A stretch of 64,000 nucleotides of DNA from Clostridiales bacterium (lineage in GTDB: Bacteria; Bacillota; Clostridia; Saccharofermentanales; Saccharofermentanaceae). The stretch is from the NCBI GenBank assembly GCA_017649645.1, contig JAGCGK010000124.1:52658-116657 (forward strand). Direction: 5' to 3'. The translations under genes and the position numbers were made by a program. Positions 10,723 through 21,675 of the stretch are shown in pieces. The notes under the pieces are model-generated. The model saw only the letters and a program-made list of their open reading frames with translations. It was not told the origin of the DNA and ran no database searches. Each line of letters begins with the position of its first letter. Within the stretch, counting starts at the first letter, position 1.

Positions 10723-11791
10723 ATTTAAGTTTATCAAGTTTTGCTCGAAGTTCCCTAAGGCTCTTACTCAGGGATTCATCGATAACCGGCTCAGGCGCGA
10801 AGTTATCGACATCAACGACCACCTCAAGGCCTTTCTTCGATACAGGCTTAGTAGCAGCACTTTCAGATGAAGAAACGGAAATCTGAGAATGACCGTCGGC
10901 CGATACTGTCTTAAGGGACTTAACGCCGCCTTCAGACGGATTCTCGCTGATCTCTTTTTTTCGATCGAGAAGAGATTTGATCTCGTACTTCGGAGCCTCT
11001 TCAACAACAGGAGTCGGAGCCGGTTCCTGAACAGGCGCAGGGGCAGGTTCCTGAGCCTTAGGTTCTTCGGCCTTAGGAGTCTTGGAGAACGGGATCTCTG
11101 CCTTCTGTTCTTTCTCCTCGCCTGCAATGCCGTATACGAACTGGCTCGCAGTCATCGCTACCTGCTCAAGGCTCTCACAGTCAGGAAGCTGACATGCAAT
11201 AGCCGAAGCAAGATTATATTCATCTGCCTTCTGGGACTCACCTCTAGGGAGCCAGCAATATTCTTCGCCGCCCACGAGAAGGTCTACACCGAAGGACTCA
11301 AAAGCTTTTACGAAGATCGCACATCTGTATCTCATGCTCAATGAAGAAGATGCCTTGATGAGGTCTTCTTCGCTATGAACTTCCATTCCGGCCATAAGCT
11401 CGATCTCATACGGATTAGGTGTGAGGATCGCTGCCAGAGGGAAAAGCTTATTTGAAAGATTGACGAATACGTCCTCTGTTATGAGGATCTGACCGTCTTC
11501 GGAGATGATAGCTGGATCAACAACGATATTAGCGACCTTATAACGCTTAAGTCTCTCGGCAACGCCCATTACGACTTCGGCACTGGTCAAAAAGCCGATC
11601 TTAACGGCCTGCGGGAGGTCCTCGCCTGATGAAAAGAGCTCATTCATGGCTGATGCTACTTCGAGTCTGGAGCAGTCATTTACGGCAAGCGGAACACACT
11701 CGTATCCAAACGCTTCTATCGTCCGGATATCCGAGCTTATATCAAAACTCTCGTTAGCGAATGACTCCGCTATGGTTAAGATAGTTCCCAT
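10721..11791 (-). CDS. ThiD/PdxK-like ribokinase-fold protein with degenerate active site and low-complexity C-terminal tail
   Basis: AVKIGFL, IVVDP and ILTPNPYE match ThiD; SGGAG and HGTGC motifs absent; ~130 aa Pro/Glu/Ser-rich tail. Confidence 0.7.
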   Translation of the reverse strand: MGTILTIAESFANESFDISSDIRTIEAFGYECVPLAVNDCSRLEVASAMNELFSSGEDLPQAVKIGFLTSAEVVMGVAERLKRYKVANIVVDPAIISEDGQILITEDVFVNLSNKLFPLAAILTPNPYEIELMAGMEVHSEEDLIKASSSLSMRYRCAIFVKAFESFGVDLLVGGEEYCWLPRGESQKADEYNLASAIACQLPDCESLEQVAMTASQFVYGIAGEEKEQKAEIPFSKTPKAEEPKAQEPAPAPVQEPAPTPVVEEAPKYEIKSLLDRKKEISENPSEGGVKSLKTVSADGHSQISVSSSESAATKPVSKKGLEVVVDVDNFAPEPVIDESLSKSLRELRAKLDKLK

Positions 11792-11952
11792 CTGCCCTCT
11801 CCCTTGTTAGTTTCATGTCACAATTCCGACACAATCTCATCTTCAGTTTCGCACATTTATAACAAATACTCAACATTTTTTTGTGTAGTTTAGGTTACAT
11901 TTCATATATTTTGTGCGAATCGTTTCTTTTTAAAGGGCAGACGGGAACCTAT
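11781..11952. repeat. Long-range inverted repeat bracketing the leader of the ThiD-like gene
   Basis: GTTCCCATCTGCCCT (11784-11798) versus AGGGCAGACGGGAAC (11934-11948), 14/15 complementary; nested TTCGCACA/TGTGCGAA at 11848-11855 and 11912-11919. Confidence 0.75.
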
Positions 11953-11956
11953 ATTT

Positions 11957-14443
11957 TTACTCGTTTACGCGCAGATCATCCACTATGCTCCTGCCTTTGA
12001 TCCTGCCGTACATCAGCGTTGGAACGAAGTAACTTAAGAGAGCAAAGATAGGAAGGATGATAAGAAGCGGCCAGAGAACGATCTTGATGTGCTCGCTAAG
12101 CCAATACATTCCGAGATTTCCGAGAAGCATGTTCATTACGATGCTCAAAGGGATAGCAAGAACTATCGTGAACAAAGAATAGAACAATCCTTCCGTAAAG
12201 AGCATCTTACGTTGCTGGGATGAAGTCATTCCGACGGCTTTGAGCAGAGCCAGTTCACGTTTTCGGGAAAGGATACTCGTAAGGGTGGCATTAATGAAGT
12301 TAAGGATGCCGATAAGGCCGATTATGCCGACCAGGACAGAGCCGACCTTCATGATGCTGGCGGTAAACACCCTGAATTCCTCACGGGCAGTCTCGATGCT
12401 GGTATATTCCAGTCTGTCGGACTCAGAAGTAAGTGATGACAGATAAGCCTCGGCTTCGGAAGCAGCCTCGTCGCTTACGACATCCGCACAGAAGCAGAGA
12501 GTTACGATATCGCCTCCGGTCAGGTCTTCAAGCTCGGAGCGGGTCATATACATCTCAAATGACTCTTCGCCGAAAGTAAAACGAGGACCGAAGCTCGACG
12601 GATGCTCACCAAAAGTGGCACAGACAGTGAATTCCTTTGTAATGGATTCGTTATGAGGTTTAAAACCTGTCAGGTCATAAGGAAGTTCACCGGCATTTAT
12701 GTCCTCCATATAATAGACCTCGCCGGTCTTTGGATCTTCGACACCATATTTGGTCACATAGCTCAATGTGATCTTGTCACCGATCTTGAACGTGTCATTG
12801 TACCCGATAATGATGCCGTTACTGTCAGGATCACGCATGTCATCTACGCTTCCTTCAAAAAGATCAAACTCGCTTAAGAGTTCTTCATCGACACCTGTTA
12901 CGAGAGCAATCTCATTTCTTCCCTCAATATCGACCATAACGTTCTTGGCCATGTAGGAGCAGCCGGAGTGTTCTGTCCGGATGTGGGATTTTATAGTCTC
13001 AATCTCACGGTCGGACAATCCGGTATTCATGTCACCCTGGAAATAATCCTTGGTACCGATCGTGAAGTCCATGTCAGGAGCTGCTGCGTGGATATACTGG
13101 TTAACATCAACGTTTCCCATAAGAGCACACAAAGTATTGAATACTACAAGCGCAAGAGCAAGCGAAAGGAGCACCATACCGGTCCTTTTCTTGTTTCTTC
13201 CGAGATTGGAAAGAGCCATTGCAGGGATCTTGGCACGGTTGGAAGAATGCTCCTTCTCCGAAACTTTTACATCGCTGTATCTCAAAGCTTCGATAGGAGA
13301 AACCTTCGATGCTTTTCGAACAGGAATAAGGCTGGAGATCCATACCGTAAAGATCGAAAATGCCGCAGCACCAAGGAAGACAAAGATATTAAAGCCGCTT
13401 ATGATCTCGAGGTCCTTGCCGTAAGTGGTATTTTGAAGGATCGTAGGAATAAGGCTGTTTCCGATGAAGTATCCTGAGATAAGTCCCAGAGGGACAGCTA
13501 TGAGACAGAGGATAAAAGCTTCACCCATGATGATCTTACGAAGTTGTTTGGTGGTTACGCCGACTGTCTTAAGAAGGCCGTAGTTTCTGATCTTTCCGGC
13601 AACAGTGATCTGGAAGATGTTATAGATTATAAGAAATCCCGTAACGACTATGAGGATAATGAAGACAACGATCGTAAATACTCCCTCGTCATCTATCGTA
13701 CCTGTATTTACCAAATAAACACCGTTAGCCATCATGCGGCTTTCTTCAAGGCCCAGTTGCTCCCTGAAGATCTCCGTCTGCGCAACAACGTTACCGGCGG
13801 ATCTGAAGTTAAAGAATGCTTCTGTCTGAGAAGTCTTATCGAGCTTATAAGTCGACATTATATCGTTTGCATATTCATCTGATACCAGGATCATCGATGA
13901 AGAATTATCTGCAAATCCGCAGATGGTAAACTCATCTTTAATGACTTCTATCACGCCGTCCGGATCTGCAACGCCATATTCAAGTTCGATCTTAGTTCCG
14001 ATCTTTTTCGGAACATCCAAAGTATCCAGGATAGTCTTGCTGATAACAACATCATTTTTGTTTTGAGGCATCTGCCCTTCCTTCGGATAGCAGAAACATG
14101 TCTTGGCAAAGTTCTCGTCACCGTTTACTACAAAGACCGTATCACCGATCTCGCCGTATCCGAGGAATAATCCTTTACAGACATCTTTGACCCTCTTATT
14201 GTTTTCGATGCTCTCGTACAGGTCATCATCGACATAATAAACACAGGCATCACTTCTGTAGCCGACGTCCTTTTTGTTCTGAAGGTCGATGGTCCTGTCA
14301 AGTGAGAAGAACACCGTGAAAAGCGATGTGAAAAGTATTGTGGTCAGCATGATCGCGAAGATCGTTATAAGGTTCTGTTTCTTGGAGGTCAGGACAGATC
14401 TAAGGCTTAGTCTGTTCAGGACCTTTCTGTTGCGATTTCTCAT
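11957..14443 (-). CDS. ABC transporter permease (FtsX/MacB-like, two FtsX domains)
   Basis: YGLLKTVGVT and RELALLKAVGMT motifs, SPIEALR, two large extracellular domains. Confidence 0.92.
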   Translation of the reverse strand: MRNRNRKVLNRLSLRSVLTSKKQNLITIFAIMLTTILFTSLFTVFFSLDRTIDLQNKKDVGYRSDACVYYVDDDLYESIENNKRVKDVCKGLFLGYGEIGDTVFVVNGDENFAKTCFCYPKEGQMPQNKNDVVISKTILDTLDVPKKIGTKIELEYGVADPDGVIEVIKDEFTICGFADNSSSMILVSDEYANDIMSTYKLDKTSQTEAFFNFRSAGNVVAQTEIFREQLGLEESRMMANGVYLVNTGTIDDEGVFTIVVFIILIVVTGFLIIYNIFQITVAGKIRNYGLLKTVGVTTKQLRKIIMGEAFILCLIAVPLGLISGYFIGNSLIPTILQNTTYGKDLEIISGFNIFVFLGAAAFSIFTVWISSLIPVRKASKVSPIEALRYSDVKVSEKEHSSNRAKIPAMALSNLGRNKKRTGMVLLSLALALVVFNTLCALMGNVDVNQYIHAAAPDMDFTIGTKDYFQGDMNTGLSDREIETIKSHIRTEHSGCSYMAKNVMVDIEGRNEIALVTGVDEELLSEFDLFEGSVDDMRDPDSNGIIIGYNDTFKIGDKITLSYVTKYGVEDPKTGEVYYMEDINAGELPYDLTGFKPHNESITKEFTVCATFGEHPSSFGPRFTFGEESFEMYMTRSELEDLTGGDIVTLCFCADVVSDEAASEAEAYLSSLTSESDRLEYTSIETAREEFRVFTASIMKVGSVLVGIIGLIGILNFINATLTSILSRKRELALLKAVGMTSSQQRKMLFTEGLFYSLFTIVLAIPLSIVMNMLLGNLGMYWLSEHIKIVLWPLLIILPIFALLSYFVPTLMYGRIKGRSIVDDLRVNE

Positions 14444-14455
14444 GGTACACCTCTT

Positions 14456-15127
14456 TTACACGCGCTCTACGACCTGACCGTCTTCGATCCTTATGATCCT
14501 GTCGGCCGTCTGGGCAATGTCTTCGTTATGTGTGATCATGACTATCGTCTGGTTAAACTTGTTCGCCGTGATCCGAAACAGGCTCATAACATCCTGGGAT
14601 GTCTTGCTGTCGAGATTTCCCGTCGGCTCATCTGCAAGGATAACAGCAGGGTTTCCGGAAAGGGCTCTCGCGATCGCTACTCTCTGCTGCTGTCCTCCGG
14701 ATAGCTGGGACGGGAGCTTAGTAAGCTTACTTCCGAGATCCAATGTCTCGATTATATTATCGATGTGAGCTTTGTCAGGCTTAACTCCGTCAAGTTCGAG
14801 AGGAAGCAAGATATTCTCTCTTACGTTCAGTATAGGAACCAGGTTGAATGACTGGAAAACAAATCCGATCTTTCTTCTTCGAAGGATCGTAAGTTTCTCA
14901 TCCTTAAGAGAGAAGATATCATTACCGTCAACATATACTTTTCCCGAGGTTGGTCTATCCAATCCTCCGAGCATATGAAGAAGCGTGGATTTGCCGCTTC
15001 CCGATGTTCCTACGACTGCGACAAACTCGCCTTTGTTGATACCGATGTTCACGCCTCTTAATGCGTGTACTGCGCTGTCATCTTTTCCGTATGTTTTAAC
15101 GAGATTTTCTGTTTTAAGAATTTCCAT
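14456..15127 (-). CDS. ABC transporter ATP-binding protein (LolD/MacB-like)
   Basis: [28 protein letters not shown]. Confidence 0.96.
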   Translation of the reverse strand: MEILKTENLVKTYGKDDSAVHALRGVNIGINKGEFVAVVGTSGSGKSTLLHMLGGLDRPTSGKVYVDGNDIFSLKDEKLTILRRRKIGFVFQSFNLVPILNVRENILLPLELDGVKPDKAHIDNIIETLDLGSKLTKLPSQLSGGQQQRVAIARALSGNPAVILADEPTGNLDSKTSQDVMSLFRITANKFNQTIVMITHNEDIAQTADRIIRIEDGQVVERV

Positions 15128-15192
15128 ATTCTTTCCTTTCTTTGCACATTAATTACCGATCGTGATCTCATTATCGCAATCGATTCTTTCTC

Positions 15193-15238
15193 AAATCTTT
15201 CCTGTCGAAAACGAATTATGACAGTTTTGAAAGATTTA
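15193..15238. promoter_or_regulatory. Inverted repeat upstream of ABC operon, candidate response-regulator site
   Basis: AAATCTTTC-CTGTC...GACAG-tttt-GAAAGATTT between kinase stop and ABC start. Confidence 0.45.
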
Positions 15239-16141
15239 TGCTTTTGGAAGGAAAACAGAAAAGCAGGAGCCTTCTCCCTCTTTTGATCTGACGGTCACAT
15301 AGCCGCCCTCACCCGTAACTATCTCTCTTGTCAGAAAAAGGCCGATTCCGACGCCCTCTTTCTGCATGACATTATTTCCTCTCGAAAACCTTCCGAAGAT
15401 CTTCGTAAGTTCTTCTTCGGGAATTCCTATACCGGTATCTTCGATGTCGGTCTTCGCGTACATCTCATAGTTCTTTACCGAGAGTTTTATCTGTCCTTTA
15501 TCGGTATACTTGATAGCATTGTCGATGATATTTAAGAACGCTTCATAGGTCCACTTAGGATCGCACTTAACTTTTATGTCGGTCTTCTCACAGATAAGCT
15601 TAAGACCCTTCTCCTTTGCTTTCGAAGAAAGTTCATCACATACACTTGAGATGAGTTCATAAAGATCCGTCTGTGAAACATTTAAGGCTATGATGCCGTT
15701 TTCGAGACGAGACATCTTAACAAGCGAATCTATGAGGAACTTAAGTTTCTCGGATTGAGATCTTATGGAGTCGACCTTCTCGCGGACATTCTCGGGAATG
15801 TCGTCTTCAGCCAAAAGATCGCTATAGAGCATGAGGTTGGCGATCGGAGTCTTGGTCTGGTGGGATATGTCTGAGATAAGTGCTTTGATCTTATCTTTTT
15901 CTTCCTCGACTTTTTGAGCAGACAAAGAAGAATTTGAAAGATATTCCGAGAGCTTCGACTCAAGAAATGACTCGGAACTTTCATCAAACCTTGTCTCATT
16001 AAATTCGCCCTTGATCGCATCATCGAGCATCTTCGTAAGAGAATCGATGAGTCTTTGCATACGGATACGGTCGACGATCACGATGATGACAGCCAAAACA
16101 AAAAAAACTATACCGACAACAGCCAATACATCTTTTATCAT
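15236..16141 (-). CDS. Short single-TM sensor histidine kinase
   Basis: H-box DISHQTKTP, NIIDNAIKY, DTGIG, GVGIGL. Confidence 0.93.
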   Translation of the reverse strand: MIKDVLAVVGIVFFVLAVIIVIVDRIRMQRLIDSLTKMLDDAIKGEFNETRFDESSESFLESKLSEYLSNSSLSAQKVEEEKDKIKALISDISHQTKTPIANLMLYSDLLAEDDIPENVREKVDSIRSQSEKLKFLIDSLVKMSRLENGIIALNVSQTDLYELISSVCDELSSKAKEKGLKLICEKTDIKVKCDPKWTYEAFLNIIDNAIKYTDKGQIKLSVKNYEMYAKTDIEDTGIGIPEEELTKIFGRFSRGNNVMQKEGVGIGLFLTREIVTGEGGYVTVRSKEGEGSCFSVFLPKA

Positions 16142-16806
16142 TCGTTCACCCAGCTATAACCTATTCCGTAAACTGTCTTGATCCTGTCTGTGGAAAGCTT
16201 ATCCCTAAGACGCTTAACGGAAACAGAAAGTGCATTATCGTCAACATACTCGGAACCGTCAGTCCATACCTTATCGATGAGGTCTTCCCTTCTGACCGTC
16301 GCTCCTTTATTGAGGACCAGGATCTTCAAGATCTTCTGTTCGGTCTTACTTAGTTCCAAGATGTCATCACCTTTTTTGAATTTCATCTGCGAAAAATCGA
16401 AAGAATAATCGCCAATATTAATGATGCCTTCATCCTTGGTCGTTTTTTTCAATTTGGAATTGACTCTCGCTCTTAAGACAGAAAGCGAAAACGGTTTTGT
16501 GATGTAATCATCCGCTCCGTATTCAAATCCCTTTACGATGTCGTCATCCGTATCATTTGCGGTAAGCATGATCACGGGAAGATCAGGTTTTTGGGACTTT
16601 ATTTTTCGAAGAAGATCAAGGCCTGAACCGTCAGGAAGATTTATATCCAATAAAACAAGAGCAGGTGTAAGTATAGACAACTGCTCTTCTGCTGATTTGA
16701 TTGTTCTAACGGATACAACAGACTTACCGTCATTTTTGAAGGCGGTACAAAGTCCTCTGTTAAGTTCGATATCGTCTTCCAGTATCAGGATCTGTTCACT
16801 GCTCAT
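16138..16806 (-). CDS. OmpR-family response regulator
   Basis: ILILEDD, LLDINLPDG, DDYITKPF, TVYGIGY; start placed at MSSEQ just after the GT2 stop. Confidence 0.93.
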   Translation of the reverse strand: MSSEQILILEDDIELNRGLCTAFKNDGKSVVSVRTIKSAEEQLSILTPALVLLDINLPDGSGLDLLRKIKSQKPDLPVIMLTANDTDDDIVKGFEYGADDYITKPFSLSVLRARVNSKLKKTTKDEGIINIGDYSFDFSQMKFKKGDDILELSKTEQKILKILVLNKGATVRREDLIDKVWTDGSEYVDDNALSVSVKRLRDKLSTDRIKTVYGIGYSWVNE

Positions 16807-16808
16807 AA

Positions 16809-17528
16809 TCAATCGTCGATCTCTTTTTTCAGTTTTCTGAAATCGCCCACGGCTTTCCAACCGATCTTGACGATCTTTTTAATGTTAATAGAATTGGTTC
16901 CGCCCTGCCTGGACTTAAAAGTTATCGGGATAAACTTTACCTTATCCTTGTGGTGAAGGAAGTAAGTCGTAAACATGATATTCGGGATATTGAAATCCTT
17001 CGGAAGTTTATCGATGTACTTCGCAACAGCGGAAGTCTTCATGAGACGGAACGGCGCATTAGCATCTTTTGCTTTGACCTTAAAGATGATCCTAAGCAAA
17101 AAACATACCGTGTTCTCGACAAACTTTCTGCTCTTACCGTCGCCTCTTTTTACACGCTCTCCGAGGATAGCATCATATTCATTACGAAGCTCCCAGAACT
17201 GCTCGAATTCGGATGGTTCAGTCTGACCGTCGGAATCTGTCTGGAAAACAAAATCCGCCTTGTTATCGATAGCATATCGGTAACCGAATAAAACAGTGGA
17301 ACCGTGACCACCGTTAGGTTTTGTCTGAGGGACAAGAAGCGGACGATCCTTGGCTAACTCCATGAGGATCTGAAGAGTATTATCCTTAGATCCGTCATTG
17401 ATAATGACCAATCTGGACTCACCACTCTCATTATGAGCTTCAACTACAGGATACCAATCATTAACGCATGCGCAGATATTAGCTGATTCGTTATATGCAG
17501 GAATCACTATATATAATTTGTCCACCAA
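16809..17528 (-). CDS. Glycosyltransferase family 2 (polyprenol-phosphate glycosyltransferase-like)
   Basis: VIPAYNE, INDGSKD, TDSDGQ. Confidence 0.9.
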   Translation of the reverse strand: MVDKLYIVIPAYNESANICACVNDWYPVVEAHNESGESRLVIINDGSKDNTLQILMELAKDRPLLVPQTKPNGGHGSTVLFGYRYAIDNKADFVFQTDSDGQTEPSEFEQFWELRNEYDAILGERVKRGDGKSRKFVENTVCFLLRIIFKVKAKDANAPFRLMKTSAVAKYIDKLPKDFNIPNIMFTTYFLHHKDKVKFIPITFKSRQGGTNSINIKKIVKIGWKAVGDFRKLKKEIDD

Positions 17529-17543
17529 GGCACCCCTCCCGGT

Positions 17544-18563
17544 TTATTTTCTGCAGATATATGCCATCCAATCGTTCTTACTGCATGTCTCACAAATCTT
17601 TAGCCCGGCGTCAGTCAAAGCTTTCTCAACTCTGTCTGCTTTAGAATTTATTATACCCGAACAAAGGAAAAATCCATCGTCCTTTATCTTAGAAGGGATG
17701 TCAGGTGCTATAGCACAAATAACATCCGCGATAATATTCGCTACGATTATATCATACTTGTCAGATTTGGCATCTTTGAGTTCACCGGAATAGCAGTCAA
17801 TAAACTCACAGCCGTTCTTCTCACAGTTATCCTTGGCAACGTCAACTGCAAGCCTGTCGATGTCGATGGCTTCGATATTCTTGCAACCGAGTTTTGCTGC
17901 GATTATCGCCAATATGCCTGAACCTGTTCCAAGGTCCAAAAGCTTATCATCAGGGTTTAAGTTCTTATCAAGTAGTTCGGCACACATAGAAGTAGTCTCA
18001 TGTGTTCCTGTTCCGAATGCAGAACCCGGATCAAGATAAACGACTTCTGTTTTATCATCAGTCTCAACAGTTTCCCAGGAAGGACAGATAACGATACGGT
18101 CGGAAATACGGAAGGCCTTATAATCAGCTTTCCAGTTATTCTCCCAATCCTCATCCTTGACGTATTTATATCCGGTAAAGCCCTTACCTACATCAAGGAA
18201 CTGTCCGATATCCGCAAGTCGCTCTTTGATGAGATTCATGGCATCTTCCGTCGGAACTGTCTTGGTTCCGATATTGGCATAGATCCTTCCGATGCCTTCC
18301 GGATTCTCATACTCTTCGCTCTTCGGTCCGAGTCTGATGCCCTCATCAAACTCAGCAAAGTAAGCGTTGATAGTTACATCCGTTCCGAGCGAATCAATAT
18401 ATCCGTCATCCGCATACGACAGCGAATCAGGATCTTCGATGATCCTCTTGATCTCATAAGGATCACAAACGGCAATACCGTCTGCTCCGATCTGAGCGAG
18501 CATCTCGCAGATAGCATCAGATGCATCCTCAGTGGTAACTATTGTTATCTCAACCCACTGCAT
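17544..18563 (-). CDS. prmA: Ribosomal protein L11 methyltransferase
   Basis: DPGSAFGTGTHETT, DLGTGSGILAI, VANI; follows dnaJ. Confidence 0.96.
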   Translation of the reverse strand: MQWVEITIVTTEDASDAICEMLAQIGADGIAVCDPYEIKRIIEDPDSLSYADDGYIDSLGTDVTINAYFAEFDEGIRLGPKSEEYENPEGIGRIYANIGTKTVPTEDAMNLIKERLADIGQFLDVGKGFTGYKYVKDEDWENNWKADYKAFRISDRIVICPSWETVETDDKTEVVYLDPGSAFGTGTHETTSMCAELLDKNLNPDDKLLDLGTGSGILAIIAAKLGCKNIEAIDIDRLAVDVAKDNCEKNGCEFIDCYSGELKDAKSDKYDIIVANIIADVICAIAPDIPSKIKDDGFFLCSGIINSKADRVEKALTDAGLKICETCSKNDWMAYICRK

Positions 18564-18574
18564 AAATTATTTCC

Positions 18575-19714
18575 TTATCTGAAAATGTCTTTGACTTTCT
18601 TGAAAAAGCCGGATTTTTTAGCGTAGTTCCTCTCGGTCAAAGTTCCCTCGAAAGATCTTAAAAGCTTCTTTTGATCTTCACTGAGTCTTGTCGGTACTTC
18701 AACAATAAACTTACAGGTATGCTTACCTCTTGTTCCGTTACTGTTGATGTAAGGGATACCCTTGCCTCTGAATTCAACAGTATCTCCCGGTTGAGTGCCT
18801 TCCTTGATGTTGTACTTCATAGGACCATCGATCGTAGGAACTTCGATCTCTCCGCCAAGTGCAGCCTGAGCATATGAGATAGGAACCTCACAATATGTAT
18901 CAGCACCGCTTCTAGAGAAGATATCGTGCTTAGCAACTTTGAATTCTATGTAAAGATCACCGTAAGGTCCTCCCTTTGTACCAGGCTCACCTTCGCCTCT
19001 TATCGGCATTCTGTTACCGGTATCGACACCTGCCGGTACCTTAATGTGAATACTCTTTCTGATCTTCGTTCTTCCTCTTCCGCGGCAATTGGTACAAGGA
19101 GTTCTTATAACTGTTCCTCTGCCCTGACATGCCGGACAGTCTTTTGTAACCATCGTCATACCGAAGAGTGTCTGAGTCTGCTGCTGGATCCTTCCGGAAC
19201 CGCGACATGTAGGACATGTCTCAGGGGATGTTCCCGGCTGAGCTCCTGAGCCGTTACAGACATTACATACGTCTTCTTTATCAATTGTTATATCTTTCTC
19301 GACACCGAATGCAGCTTCCATAAATGAAATATTCATTCCGTATCTGAGATCGGCACCCTTCTGAGGACCGCTTCTTCTTCTCGAAGAACCTCCGAATCCT
19401 CCTCCGAAAATGGAGCTGAAGATATCGCTGAAGTCCATGTCTGCACCATAGAATCCGCCGGCTCCTCCACCGAATCCGTTTCCGTCGACACCTGCATGAC
19501 CGAACTGATCATACTTACGTCTCTTATCAGCATCGGAAAGAACAGCATAAGCTTCGTTTGCTTCTTTGAACTTAGCTTCTGCTTCCTTATCACCCGGATT
19601 CAAGTCAGGATGGTACTTCTTGGCTACCTGACGGTAGGCTTTTTTAAGCTCGTCGTCTGTGGCGTTCTTATTAACGCCAAGGACCTCATAGTAGTCACGT
19701 TTTTGATCAGCCAA
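18575..19714 (-). CDS. dnaJ: Chaperone DnaJ
   Basis: J domain with HPD, G/F region, four CxxCxGxG repeats. Confidence 0.99.
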   Translation of the reverse strand: MADQKRDYYEVLGVNKNATDDELKKAYRQVAKKYHPDLNPGDKEAEAKFKEANEAYAVLSDADKRRKYDQFGHAGVDGNGFGGGAGGFYGADMDFSDIFSSIFGGGFGGSSRRRSGPQKGADLRYGMNISFMEAAFGVEKDITIDKEDVCNVCNGSGAQPGTSPETCPTCRGSGRIQQQTQTLFGMTMVTKDCPACQGRGTVIRTPCTNCRGRGRTKIRKSIHIKVPAGVDTGNRMPIRGEGEPGTKGGPYGDLYIEFKVAKHDIFSRSGADTYCEVPISYAQAALGGEIEVPTIDGPMKYNIKEGTQPGDTVEFRGKGIPYINSNGTRGKHTCKFIVEVPTRLSEDQKKLLRSFEGTLTERNYAKKSGFFKKVKDIFR

Positions 19715-19739
19715 AGTTATTCCTCCAATTTACAAGCGA

Positions 19740-19768
19740 GAAGCCGACGCCTTTAAAGCGTCAGCTTC
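19740..19768 (-). terminator. Stem-loop between dnaK and dnaJ (partial terminator or mRNA stabiliser)
   Basis: GAAGCTGACGC-loop-GCGTCGGCTTC on minus strand, weak U-tract. Confidence 0.55.
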
Positions 19769-19797
19769 CGCCGTCAATTCTCTAAAGTTTTCGCGAA

Positions 19798-21657
19798 TTA
19801 GAAATCGCCGCCTGCGCTCTTGAAACCGTCATCTCCGGCATCCTGAGCACCGCCCATGTCAGGACCTGCACCCTGTGCGCCATAGCCTGTGAAATCCTGT
19901 GGATTCGGCTGACCGCCGTTAGGGTTTGCCTGAGAATAGAGCTTCTCACTTACCTTGTAGAAAGCCTGTGTAACATTTTCTGTCTCAGCCTTCATTGCTG
20001 CAGAGTCATCTCTGGAGATAGCATCCTTGAGCTTCTCGAGAGCTTCCTTAACAGGAGCCTTGTCTTCCTCGGAAACCTTGTCACCGATATCGTTCAATGT
20101 CTTCTCTGTCTGGTAAACAGTTGACTCTGCCTGGTTCTTGATGTCGATCTTCTCTTTACGCTCTTTATCCTCAGCAGCGTGGAGCTCAGCTTCCTTGATA
20201 GCCTTGTTGATCTCCTCTTCGCTCATGTTGGAAGAAGCTGTGATAGTGATCTTCTGCTCACGGCCTGTGCCGAGATCCTTTGCGCTAACGTTAACGATAC
20301 CGTTTGCATCGATATCAAATGTTACTTCGATCTGCGGTACTCCACGAGGAGCAGGTGCGATACCGTCAAGGATGAAGTTACCGAGTGTCTTATTGTAAGC
20401 AGCCATCTCACGCTCACCCTGGAGTACGTGTACGTCAACCTGTGTCTGGTTATCTGCTGCTGTAGAGAATACCTGACTCTTCTTTGTAGGGATCGTTGTA
20501 TTTCTCTCGATCATCTTTGTGCATACACCACCCTGTGTCTCGATACCGAGTGAAAGAGGTGTAACGTCGAGAAGGAGCAAGCCCTTAACGTCACCTGTGA
20601 GGACTGCTGCCTGGATAGCTGCACCGATAGCAACACACTCATCAGGGTTGATGCCCTTGAACGGCTCTTTGCCGAAGAATGTCTTAACTGCGTCCTGAAC
20701 TGCAGGGATTCTTGTGGAACCACCAACGAGGAGGATCTTATCGATATCGGATACGTTCAATCCGGAATCGCTCATTGCTCTTTGTACAGGCTCCATTGTT
20801 GCTTTTACGAGGTCACTTGTAAGCTCATCGAACTTAGCCTTTGTAAGTGTGATATCAAGGTGCTTAGGACCTGTTGCATCAGCTGTGATATAAGGAAGGT
20901 TGATGTTGGATGTAGCAACACCTGAAAGCTCGATCTTAGCCTTCTCAGCTGCCTCACGGAGACGCTGCATAGCCATCTTATCGCTTCTCAAATCAACGCC
21001 TTCAGACTGCTTGAATGTATCTACGAGATAATCAACGATCTTGTTATCGAAGTCATCACCACCGAGTCTGTTGTTACCTGCTGTAGCAAGAACCTCAAAT
21101 ACGCCGTCACCGATCTCGAGGATGGATACATCGAATGTACCGCCGCCCAAGTCGAATACGAGGATCTTCTGATCGGATTCCTTATCAAGACCATAAGCAA
21201 GGGATGCTGCTGTAGGCTCGTTGATGATTCTAAGAACCTCAAGACCTGCGATCTTACCTGCATCCTTTGTTGCCTGACGCTGTGAGTCTGTGAAGTAAGC
21301 AGGAACTGTGATAACTGCCTGAGTTACAGGCTGACCAAGATAAGCTTCTGCATCGCTCTTAAGCTTGGAAAGGATCATAGCGGATACTTCTTGTGGTGAA
21401 TACTGCTTATCGTCGATGGTTACCTTATAGTTGGAACCCATCTCTCTTTTGATGGACTGAATAGTCTTATCAGGGTTTGTTACTGCCTGTCTTTTTGCTA
21501 CCTGACCGATGAGTCTTTCACCTGTCTTTGTAAATGCAACTACAGAAGGTGTAGTTCTGTTGCCTTCCGGATTAGGGATTACGACTGTCTCGGAACCCTC
21601 CATTACTGCAACACATGAGTTTGTTGTACCTAAGTCAATACCGATTACTTTTGCCAT
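19798..21657 (-). CDS. dnaK: Chaperone DnaK
   Basis: [26 protein letters not shown]. Confidence 0.99.
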   Translation of the reverse strand: MAKVIGIDLGTTNSCVAVMEGSETVVIPNPEGNRTTPSVVAFTKTGERLIGQVAKRQAVTNPDKTIQSIKREMGSNYKVTIDDKQYSPQEVSAMILSKLKSDAEAYLGQPVTQAVITVPAYFTDSQRQATKDAGKIAGLEVLRIINEPTAASLAYGLDKESDQKILVFDLGGGTFDVSILEIGDGVFEVLATAGNNRLGGDDFDNKIVDYLVDTFKQSEGVDLRSDKMAMQRLREAAEKAKIELSGVATSNINLPYITADATGPKHLDITLTKAKFDELTSDLVKATMEPVQRAMSDSGLNVSDIDKILLVGGSTRIPAVQDAVKTFFGKEPFKGINPDECVAIGAAIQAAVLTGDVKGLLLLDVTPLSLGIETQGGVCTKMIERNTTIPTKKSQVFSTAADNQTQVDVHVLQGEREMAAYNKTLGNFILDGIAPAPRGVPQIEVTFDIDANGIVNVSAKDLGTGREQKITITASSNMSEEEINKAIKEAELHAAEDKERKEKIDIKNQAESTVYQTEKTLNDIGDKVSEEDKAPVKEALEKLKDAISRDDSAAMKAETENVTQAFYKVSEKLYSQANPNGGQPNPQDFTGYGAQGAGPDMGGAQDAGDDGFKSAGGDF

Positions 21658-21675
21658 GTTAAATCACTCCTTTTA

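Noticed and set aside
11792-11956. Possible TPP riboswitch ahead of the ThiD-like gene
   Set aside because: No matching GGGG...CTGAGA...ACCTGA...GCGTAGG core seen on the coding strand
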